Source: Callorhinchus milii
Lineage: Eukaryota
NCBI RefSeq assembly: GCF_018977255.1
Contig: NW_024704745.1
Location: 53,196,001 to 53,260,000, forward strand
DNA: 64,000 bases
Reading direction: 5' to 3'
Shown here: piece by piece, positions 36,042-47,100 of the stretch
How the letters are laid out: each line of letters begins with the position of its first letter
How positions within the stretch are numbered: position 1 is the stretch's first letter
Made by a program: the position numbers and the translations under genes
Notes under the pieces: model-generated
The model's input: only the letters and a program-made list of their open reading frames with translations
Told to the model about the DNA's origin: nothing
The model's database searches: none

Positions 36042-38214
36042 CGAAACAACAACTTCACTGGAGAAACATCTATCCACAGATGATAGAAATAAGCAAATGT
36101 TGCAGATGCATCCAGACTTGGACTGATCGCAAGAGAGATGCAATGAAGAAGGCCCTTTGGCTCATTTGATTTCATCCTTCCAAAAATCCCATCCACTACT
36201 CTCCCAATTAACCTGTTCCAACTGTTTCTCTGTGTAAAGAAATGCTCCTGAAATTGCCCTTCATAACAGGGAACCTGAACCCTCCTGTCCTGCTGCTTAG
36301 GGGCATCAGAAAGTATTGTTACACTGTTAATCCATTTAGTTTCATATTTACCAATATAAGGTTCTCTCTGAGACTACTCTTCAAGGATTATTCCTATCAT
36401 GCTCATTATTCTCCTCGGCCTTTGAACTTTAAGTAATTTGTTCTCTAAACTTTACGTTAAGTGATGATAAATAAGTCTCACGTTTCATTCACACAGGATC
36501 ACTTCATCAAGTGGTTTTCTGTCATTCATTTTTTTAAAATTTCTGATTAAAACAAACTATATATGTTAAATTTCAGTAACATTGGTAAGAGAAACTTAGG
36601 TACAATGAAATCTACCCAAAGCTGTTCTGGAGCATTACCATGAGCACATTGTTCATTTAAGTATTTTTTTAAAATTCAATAATTAAAATTTGGACATATT
36701 CTATTACAAATTTACAAATTTGTCAAAAATTGACAAACTGTTATAATATAATAATGATCAATTAAAAAAAGTTTTAAATAGCCTTTATGTCACTTTTCAT
36801 ATTCTTTATCATAAGTTGGGAACACAGCATCATGGTAAGTTAAATGCACCAGCAATGACATCGGCAGAATCTAGGGTTGAAGGAAATTATCTCCACGAGA
36901 GTAAATGTCTGATTGACTTTGGTTTGGTTTAGTTATTCCAGCATTTTATTGTTTCGAGTGTTTTACAGGAGGAAGGTGAAATATATCACATAAACCTTCA
37001 GAAAAATAAAAACGCAAAAATGCAGATTTCCATTAGAGTGTGTTGTCTGTTTTCACTCTAATGTACACTGCATAGGTAACATGATGTGGGTACAGGTAAT
37101 CTGGGTATAATGTGACCCAGACTGGGTATTGGCAGACTGTTTAACTTTCCCCAATCTCGTCCTCAACTAACACAAACCTGCTTATCTAATATCGCTGCAA
37201 AAAAGTCTGCATACAATTTAATATGTGTACGCAGTAATATCTAAATCTTCTCTAGTTGCATGTCTGTAACATAAACTCTCAAGATTGTAATATCACTTCT
37301 TGTGAAACACTGATATCTTTGGATGAAGCATTTACAGCTGCAATTGCCTGATTAATATTATTCTGTATTGTACACAATTTATTTCCTAAATTTGTAATAT
37401 AATATGTCCAAATGATCCTATTTTATTGATTGTATTAGTAATTTTAGCTTCCACCTGTCTGATGATTCAAATGGACTGTGATTTCAAAGATGCATGGAGC
37501 CTTTCTCCCAGTTAACCTTTTATTTTCTCCTCTTAATTTCAAATTCATGATGTCATTTAATTGTATAAACACCTATATAAGAAGGTAAACATAAAATAAT
37601 TAATTCCTGTCACATTTTCTCACACATGATATTTAATATTGAAGGTAAATTACAAAACTTTTTGTTTTAAATTAATTAGGGGTAGTTTAGCTGAGAAATA
37701 TAAAAAGCAAACCTGAAGTACTGTATATGGTATTTAGGAAATGACAGTATGTCCAATGGCAAATAATACTAATAATGTTGAACAGAAAATGGGGATTCAT
37801 CTCATGACCATTGATGCTTAGGACAAGTGGTGATAGACACTGAAAAGTATAAAACTACCTTGGAACTGATTTCACACAAATCCACAAGAATAATTTTTCA
37901 CAATAAGTTTTCCCTGAAGGTGCAAATGCCTCAGCTTTTATTATTTTCCCCAAAGAAAGGATCAGTTTGAAATTGTTCAGCCATCTGGAAATTAATTTCA
38001 TTACAATCTCATCAATTAAAATAAGATTCGATTGTTCCTCTGTTTCAGCTTCCGTTTTGGAAGAAGAGGAAACCTATGATTTACTCATAGTTTCAGTAAT
38101 TCAACATCATTAGGGACATTAACATTAATACCAGGAAGAGGTCAACTATAATTAGAGAAATAAATTACATTTTTATAGCACTTTACCATGTCAAAACCTC
38201 TCAAATTGCTTTAT

Positions 38215-39248
38215 AACCCATCCCATCCCCACCTCTCTCCTCATCTCCCAGCTCAATCTTCTGACCCCTCTCCTGTCCGACGTCATCAACCTCTCCTTGA
38301 CCACCGGTTCAGTTCCCAACCCCCTAGAAACAGCCGTCATCACCCCCATCTTGAAAAAACCTTCCCTGGATCCATCCTTCCTCTCCAGCTACCGCCCCAT
38401 CGCTAACCTCCCATTCCTCTCCAAGGCCCTGGAACGAATCATCACGTCCCAGCTCCGCTACTTTCTTGCCATTCCCTCTTTGAACCCCTCCAATCCGGCT
38501 TCCGAGCTGCCCACAGCACGGAAACAGCCCTGGTCAAAGTCACTGATGACATTCTGAACATCTGTGATCCGGGCTCCCTCTGCCTCCTTGTCCTCCTCGA
38601 CCTCTCTGCTGCCTTCGACACTATCGAACACTCCATCCTCATACACCGCCTCTCCGCTTTACTCAATCTGCCCAGACCTGCCCTTGCCTGGTTCGATTCT
38701 TATCTCTCTCACCGTCTCCACTTTGTTGCCTCTAATGGTTTCTCCTGCAGCCCCCGCACTGTCACGTCTGGTGTCCCCCAGGGCTCTGTCCTTGGCCCTC
38801 TCCTCTTTACTATCTACACGCTCCCCCTTGGAGACATCATCTGCAGACATGGGGTCAACTTCCATATGTATTCCCTACTCTATCTTTCTGCCTCCACCCT
38901 CAACTCCAGGACCACTGCTGTCCTGACAGACTGCCTGTGGACATCAAGTCCTGGATGAGGGCAAATTTCCTACAGTTGAATATGAACAAGACTGAGGCCC
39001 TCCTGATGGGCTCACGTCAGTGCCTCAGCATCTCAAGCTCTGGAGCATCAACCTCCATGGTTGCTCACTACACTCACCAACCCAACAAGCCAGTCAGGAG
39101 CCTGGTATCTTGTTCGACTCTCAACTGTCTTTTCTTCCCCACATCCAATGCCATGACCCGCTCTGCCTTCCCTCACCTCCGTAACATCGCCCGACTCCGC
39201 CACTACCTCACCCCTCAGGTCACTGAAACTCTTGATCATTCCTTCACT
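38215..39248 (+). mobile_element. L2 LINE RT region lacking its 3' end
   Basis: [61 protein letters not shown]; stops abruptly before the G-rich array. Confidence 0.92.
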
Positions 39249-39283
39249 CTGCAGCCCATGGTCTCTCCCGCACCAAACTCCGT

Positions 39284-40010
39284 GGGGAGGGGGCTGGGGG
39301 CTGGGGGCGGGCCTGGGCTGGCGGAGGGGGCGGGGGGGTGGGGCTGGGGGAGGGGGCTGGGGGCGGGCCTGGGCTGGCGGAGGGGGCGGGGGGGAGGGGT
39401 GGGCGGGGGGGAGGGGCTGGGGGCGGGCCTGGGCTGGCGGAGGGGGCGGGGGGGTGGGGCGGGGGGGAGGGGCTGGGGGCGGGCCTGGGCTGGCGGAGGG
39501 GAGGGGGTGGGGCGGGGGGGAGGGGGCTGGGGGCGGGCCTGGGCTGGCGGAGGGGGCGGGGGAAGGGGCTGGGGGCGGGGCTGGGGCGGGCCTGGGCTGG
39601 CGGAGGGGGCGGGGGGAGGGGGAGAGGCTGGGGGAGGGGCGGGGCTGGAGGAGGGGGGGAAGGAGGGGGCGGGGCTGGGGGAGGGGCGGGGCGAGAGGGC
39701 GGGGCTGGGGGAGGGGGCTGGGGGCGGGCCTGGGCTGGCGGAGGGGGTGGGGCTGGGGGAGGGGGCTGGGGGAGGGGGCTGGGGGCGGGCCTGGGCTGGC
39801 GGAGGGGCGGGGGGGGGGGGGTGGGGCTGGGGGAGGGGGCTGGGGGAGGGGCGGGGCTGGCGGAGGGGGCGGGGGGGAGGGGGAGAGGCTGGGGAGGGGC
39901 GGGGCTGGCGGAGGGGGCGGGGCGGGTGGAGGGGGCGGGGCTGGGGGAGGGGGCGGGGCTGGCGGAGGGGGCGGGGGGGAGGGGGCGGGGCTGGGGGAGG
40001 GGGCGGGGCT
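39284..40010 (+). repeat. G-rich degenerate tandem array (recurrent GGGGCGGGCCTGGGCTGGCGGAGGGGGCGGGGGG / GGGGCTGGGGGAGGGG units)
   Basis: Read directly from the sequence; overwhelmingly G on the + strand, with many runs of 4 or more G. Confidence 0.95.
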
Positions 40011-40095
40011 CCGGCGGCGGCTTTCGGAAGGTTTTTCCCGCCCAGACATCAAAGGGCTGCGGCTGTTTCCGGACACGTGACTGTGGAGCTTTTCG
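40010..40095 (+). promoter_or_regulatory. CCDC82: CCDC82 core promoter / non-coding exon 1 in a CpG-rich segment
   Basis: ETS-type CGGAAG and TTCCGG, E-box CACGTG, donor CG|gtgagt at 40095/40096; GC boxes immediately upstream. Confidence 0.7.
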
Positions 40096-40133
40096 GTGAG
40101 TGTTTGCTGTTTTATCTAATTTTATATAAAAAC

Positions 40134-40243
40134 CGGGAACCCCCCCGGGATACACCCCCGGGAAACCCCCCCGGGAAACCCCTCCGGGATACACCCCCTC
40201 CCCCCCGGGATACCCCCCCGGGATACCCCCCCCCCCCCCGGGG
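40134..40243 (+). repeat. C-rich short tandem repeats (CCCCGGGA[T/A]AC[A]CCCCC-like)
   Basis: About 7 imperfect units just inside CCDC82 intron 1. Confidence 0.85.
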
Positions 40244-40611
40244 TGCAGTGATCACCTCTCCCTCTCCCGCCCTCCAGGGCTGTCTGTCTGATTGTGAACC
40301 TCTGGGCTGACATAAGACCAGATGGATCAGGAAGGAGAGCAGGAAGCAGGTTGGGCAGCATTGCTGTCAGTCAGGTGTGAGAAAGTAAATAAAACAACAA
40401 TTTACATTCAAAATGGGAGGATGCCTCCCGAGCATTTCACACAGCCAAACAGAGCCCAAACCGGGCGGGAATTCAAGTTGACCGAAAGCGTGGTCGACAA
40501 GGGGGAAGGCTATCAGGAACTGAATGAGACAGCAACGTTAGATGTACACAGATGGTATAATATTTTTTCAAATATACAAACTTCTTCTGATTGATTCCAG
40601 AATCAGACACA

Positions 40612-41181
40612 ATGGAAACTGCAGTCGCTATGTACCAAACACGAGCAAGAAGAGCACAGGGTTTGCTTAAATCACGCATCGATCAAAGGCGGACAAAGAT
40701 GTACTCGGCTTCTTGCCTACGTGACACAGATGAGGAAGAAAATACATCTGACGAAGAGCAGAGTAGCAGAGATGAAGGTGTACAAAGCAGTGACTCAAAT
40801 GATGATAGTAAACAAGTGCAAAATCCTGTTGCTACAATACAGAGCTCAGACGAGGACAATATCAATCGAAGTAAACGTCTGAGGACATCATCGAATAATG
40901 TGTTTTCAGACAGTGACTCCAGCTCAGGCAGTGAGATTTGGAGCAAACCAGTAAGAAAGATAAAAAATAATTCACGGCGTGTGTTTGTACAGGAGGGGGA
41001 AGAAGACAGTGATAAGGAGGGAACGTCTGCCACAAATTTATCTGTAGGGACTGAAGACTTCTCACAAATAAAGAAAGAAATATCAATTGCCCGGAAGAGG
41101 AAGAGGCATTTGGAAATGAAAAGATTGTCAAAGGAGAGACGATCTCGTCACTCGAACAGTGGAATCAGAAATTTCTCTGAG
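40612..41181 (+). CDS. CCDC82: CCDC82 first coding exon (exon starts 40601)
   Basis: Acceptor ttccag| at 40600, ATG at 40612, donor GAG|gtttga; corresponds to ORF 40591-41187 of the track. Confidence 0.9.
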
Positions 41182-44100
41182 GTTTGATTGCTTTATTGTC
41201 TTACAGATAAAATACCAAGAGTGAAAACACTGAACTTGAAGGGATCATCATTCAAAGCTTTCTTGCAGCTCACTGTTATTTCCAGAGTGTTCAACAAACA
41301 GTTAATTTAGCCATCAAATTATTTGTGTTGCATCAATATAAGTATCTACCTTTGACTATTACACCAAATGGTTCATTGTAAATATCTGTGCTCCGGCCAG
41401 CTCCATGTCCCCCAACCCACCCGCCCGCCATTGGTGGGAGAGCCTTCAGCCACTCTGCCCCCAACCCCTGGAATTCCATCCCCCAATCACTCCACCTCGC
41501 CCCCTCCTTAGCCTCCTTCAAGTCACATCTCTAGACCCTCCTCTTCAGCAATGCCATCGGTTACCCCTTCTCCCCCCTGACCCTAACTCGGGTCTGAAAT
41601 GCTGTATACTGTCCAGCGCCTTGGGACGCCCTCCTGACGTGAAAGGCGCTATACAAATGTAATCTTGTGTGTAAGACAAACATCTAGAGCTCAGTTACTC
41701 ACTAGTCTAAGAGCAATTCCATTGGTGACCCATAATTATTCTGCATTATAAGTACAGTATTTGGCCATAACAACAATTGAAATTAACATCTCCAAGTGCT
41801 TTAGATTAGTAATGAAGTGAATGCTGGCATACTGTACAAGTAAAAGAGGCAGCTGATTTACACTAGCAACATACATCAAACATCAAAATAAATAATAAAC
41901 TTGTATCTAATGTAGAATGTAGTTATGTTGAAAAAATGAGGCAGTTAATTTGCACCAGATCATGAAACACCGGGTCTACTGAAGATTATATATGTTTGAT
42001 GTGAGATTAACTGTCCTATAATTTCATGCTTTGTCCCCAAACAGGGGATTTATGTCAGCCACTCTGCAATTCTCTGGCATGACGTTGTCTCCAAAAATGT
42101 ACATAAAGTTTGGGTCAAAATGTCCTATCTTATAGTGTGCTAGCTGAAACAGATTATTCAAAATATAACATTAACATGCCTCTAGAGATCACAGTAACTC
42201 TTGGTCAAATAGACTTTTTCTATGCTGCAAAGCTCTATGGTTCTATTCCCATAGAGCTATACGTCAAACAGATGTACATTGAAAGCAGTAAATGAGATAT
42301 TAATTAACTCCTTTCAGAAAGGAGATGGATAAATATCTGGGTAACAATGGGACTGAGAGTTTTAAGGGTAAATATAGAGAATAATCAATAACACTATAAT
42401 CGGGCTAGTGGAAACATGAAAGTGTTCCCTGTGGAGACAAGTGCTCAAGATGGAATTAATTACATTGTAACAAGAGTTTGTCTATTTGGGGTCTTATGGA
42501 GCTATTGCTTGTGATTAGTCAATCAATGAAGCTCAGTAGATAGAGCACATGACACAGAAAAGTTACTTAGTCCCTGTATCAGGGTGAAGAATAGAAGTGT
42601 GAATGTTTTCACTGAATTCTGACACTTTGTCTCCATTGACTATTTATCAGGAGTCAGACGAGGAGGGTGGGGCATCTTCCGTCTATGAAGTGGGAAGCTC
42701 TGACTCCGATTTTGAAAAAAGCAGTTTAAAAGACTTCATTGTGGAAGATGATGATGAGGAGGAGGAGAGTGAAGAGGAAACACAATCTGGAGAAAACCAC
42801 ACAAGTACACCAAAGAAACCTGAATCATCAAAATCCATACTGGCAAAATATCTACCAAACTGTAAGTAAGAAAGGATGGCTAAAACCTTTATGGTTGGCC
42901 AACAAAATAAATGTTCTTGATTGAATATTTCTTGATTCATGCCATAAATGGAGAGGTTCTTCTTGACAGGCCATGGGCCATTTCCAGCCTGTAGGCCACA
43001 GTTTGGCCACCACTGGCTTGGTGGTACCAAATTAGAAAGTAAATGTGCTAACTTGTAACCTTTTACTATTTATTTCTACAGTCCACAATGACAGTCCCTA
43101 TACCCACTTCAAAAGAGTAGTTAAAGGTTTGCTGATTAATGCACTTGATGGCAATTTTCTGAAATCACTGTATGGTAAGTATCACTTTGGAAATAAAATT
43201 TTTTTAAAATAAACTTTTTGAGCCTGGAAGACATGAGATGTCAAGTTGAGGGAGAGTCCCAACTTTTTTTAAAAGCATATTTTCTACAGGTTTTGATATA
43301 TTTATTGCTTGACAAATAGTCCTGAAGCATCGTGTAAGAAATTGTTTCTATAGGTTCTATGCTCTCTAGGCGAGAGCCCAATATTGTAAGAAAATTGGTT
43401 CTAAGACAGATGATCAGAATGTAAGTGGATGTATATTTAATATCTAGCATATCCTCCCCATTTTGGATCAGATGATCGTATTATCTCCTTTAGCCAAAAG
43501 TGTTTATGTTTCTAAATAATACACGTATACCACATCCTCAGGAAGGAAAATTTCAGAATCCTTGTTATGCTTGATGCTCGTAGATGTTCAGGGTATAGTA
43601 GGGAAGTAGAGGTTAGACAAACTGGTGTCAGCGGCTTCTGCATTCCCATCATATGGTGGCAGTAGTTTGATATATATATAACTAGCTGTATCCATTGCAG
43701 CTTCACTTGAAACCAAAGGATCCAATATGGAATGTAGATTGACACACAGACAGACACACAGACAGACATTTCGTCTTTATCTATACTCAGTGGGAGGACT
43801 CCTGTGGGAGGACTCTTGCTGAGCAGACCTCAGACTTCACCCTCTCTGCTCCCTCTCTCCTGACTCACTCACAAGCCCACACGCACACACCCTCATATAA
43901 CCTTTCCCCTCTCCCCCTTCTCTTCCCCCAAAAAACTCTCTCACCTCCTCACTCTTACCCTCGAGAGATTACGGGACTCAGCATATTTTTTGGGGGGGTG
44001 GGAGGGAGATTTAATTTTTAAAATGTAGCATTGAATTTTTTTTCACCGGGTCTTCCCTCCTCCCCGCTCTCTGTCCCTCTCCCGATGTATCTCTCTCGAA

Positions 44101-47100
44101 GGATGTGTGATTTCCTGTCACTACTTTGTTGCAGAATACAATAGCAATTACCTCATATTTTGGGGCTTTTTTAACCTCATATTTTGGATTTTTTTAATAT
44201 AGCTCATGAACGATAATATGCCCATGACACTCCCCAAAGCAAGACCTTTCTGATGAGGTATAAATCATGTCTTGACGTCAATCGGTTATTGGGTTCTTGG
44301 CGGACAGACACACAGACAGCCATTTTGTTTTTATCAGTATAGATAGATGTATCTCTCTGGAAGGGTGTGTAACCTCTATCACTACTTTGTTGCAGAATAT
44401 CATGCATACCTTTTTTGGGGGCTTAATTAAAGCATTTTAAAATTTTTTTTAATATAGCTCATCAACGATGAGAGATCCCCTGTTCTTGGCGGACACACAC
44501 ACACAGACAGGCAGGTTGTCTTTATTAGTATAGATATGTGCTCAGTGTGTTCCAGCCAATTCAATGGAGTGAAAAGACACCAGGGCTTGTTGAACAGGAT
44601 TAATTGAGTTGGCTGTTTGATTTTCTCCCAACTATTTATATTTTCAACAGACGGCGCTAGAAAAAAGAAATATGCCAAGGAAATACTGAGCTCATTGAAT
44701 TATATGGATGACCGCTGCATTAAACCACGTCTTGTAAATTTAAAAACAACAAGTCGATGGTCGAATCGATACCAGGTACGTTCAAGTTCTCGTGAATATC
44801 TGGGATTCAGCATCTGGCAATTAAAAGTGGTAAAAGGTAATTTTAAATACAAAGGAGGCTAACTGTTGGAATCCTTGTTTAGTAACGTATGTGCTTGGTG
44901 CTCAATTTTAAAGTTTTCTTCTGATTGAAGAAACAAAACAGTTATCAGTTAGCAATTTTTGGATAATCATACTTAGTTAAATGCAAATCTGTTAATTTAA
45001 ATGGCAGCTCTAATGGGAGCAAATATAAAATCTCTGTGTGCCGAACAATCACCAGTGGTTTAGTGAAACTCAGTACCCTGGAGATTCATGCATCTTGGCA
45101 AGGTTATGCTTACATTTCCAGAATCAGTAAAATGTCTCACATGGAGTAGACCATAGTAGAAATTTCACAACAGTACTCATTGTGGAACAAACTCATCATG
45201 CGTGCAATACTGTATCTAGAGTATTTCAAATGTTGGACATTCAACTCCTGGTTTGTGTAATTCCTTCTCTCTGCGAAACCTTTCCTTCATAGTTCACTCA
45301 ATAACAATGAATGATACCTTACCTCCCTGCCTTCACACTTGTTCTCATCTCTTCTAACTAAGTGAAAATTGTCTGTGACATATTTCTCCTTTGGCAATGA
45401 AATACAACCCATTTATTTAGTTTGTAGAATACCTGATCTATGCATTCTTTATCATTATTATTATTATTAATCCATTTATTACTGGATTCAGCCAAGACAG
45501 GGAAAGCTAGAGCTAGGCCTACAGTTAGGATTTGACAGCAGAGGGGCGCGGGCGAGGTGGGGGTTTCAGAGATGGAAGCAAAGATCATCTGTGGATTGTG
45601 GGGCAGACTGTGTAGGGCGAATGCAGAAAGCCAGTGTTGGCAGAGCAGAGGGAGTGATCATCGGAGTAGAGTCACAGGAGATTGCAGAGGTAAGGTGGGA
45701 AACGACCATTTTCTTGTTCTCAGTTCTGGCTTAAGAAAGCGGAGGACACTAGGTTAGGGTTTTATTATTTGGAATAAAATTTAGTTGAATTTGCTCTTCC
45801 TATTGAATACTTTTTGTTGTTTTTCTGTTAAAGGAACGTATAGATTGTTATCCTACTCTGCAAGTGAAACAATATCCAGCAATTCAAAGATCCTGCCAAG
45901 CCTGTGAGCTGAAACGCACCTGTCGATTCACAGTCATCTTATCTGGACTGCTGTATAATGGCAAGAGTCTGCAGGAAGACAACTTCATGCCAAACGATGA
46001 ACAGGTAAATAGAAAGGGCACAATGGAAAAGCTGACAATTCACAGTTTGTTAGGGAGGTAAAGAAGTCCTCACAACTCAAGTCTTGCAATGGATTAAAGG
46101 ACTAACATTTGTATGATCTGTTAGATAATTAAATTGCTATTCATTTTTTGGAGGAACTTAAACTTGTAGTTAAAATGGTTTTATTTGCCCTTCTATTGTC
46201 TAGGTGACCGTATTATAAGTAACATAATAAACCAAGAGGTATACCACATAATTCCACTGCAGGTCAATATGGGAAGGTGTAGCAAGGCTGGAACTTGGTT
46301 TTAGCAAGATGTAAGTGAATACCGAGGTCTATGATGGAGGATATTATCAAAGTTGAAAAGAGCGGAGAGAGAACGAGTGATTAGGTGATGGTATGTTTGC
46401 CATGTTTAAAATCTACGGCTTGTTGGAAGAAGTGACACACGGAGAGTGATAAGCTGTTTGAAAGGCAGAAGGTCCTAGGAATAAATTAGTTTGATTTCAA
46501 AGCATGGAGAGTCAGCAACAGCTTACAATTTTATAGCATCTTTCATGTAGGATAGCATTTTGGAACTCTTTACAGAAACCACCTGGATCACTCAGGAAGC
46601 TGGGAAGGGGGAGGGCTTCCATTCATGCTGGAGTACAGTTCCACAGACACTGGCTATCTTCTGGCACCTCATCCTGTAACTCGGTGGTTAGAGCACTCGC
46701 TTTGCAAGTGAGAGACCTGGGTTTGATTCCCTGCAGGGCGAAACCTTGGGCAAGTTTACTTACTTCACACGCCTGATAATAATCCCTCGAAAAAAACAAT
46801 AATAAATTGGTCATTTCAATCCACGACTGTTTGTGGACACTGCTGTGCGCAATTGACTGCTGCATTTCGCCCACAAATATACAGTCAATTCACTTTACAG
46901 TCTATTCTGTAAAGCGCTTTGAGACGTCTAGAAGACGTGAAAAGCGCTATATCAAATGCAAGGATTATCATTTTATTATTATCCAATTGTCCAACTTTTA
47001 TGTGCGACCATGACAGTGGAACCTGCCAGCATTAGTGTTGTCGGAAAAACAGCCATAGTGTCAACTACATTTCATGCAGGGAAACTGTGGCACGGCACCT

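Noticed and set aside
38937-40361. Long Gly/Pro-rich ORFs (457, 342, 316, 282, 253 aa)
   Set aside because: Stop-free frames on both strands of a G-rich tandem repeat, fused to L2 sequence; not real proteins.
42966-43015. hAT-Charlie-like terminal sequence (CAGTGGTGGCCAAACTGTGGCC on the minus strand)
   Set aside because: Only one short end is visible; insufficient to call an element.
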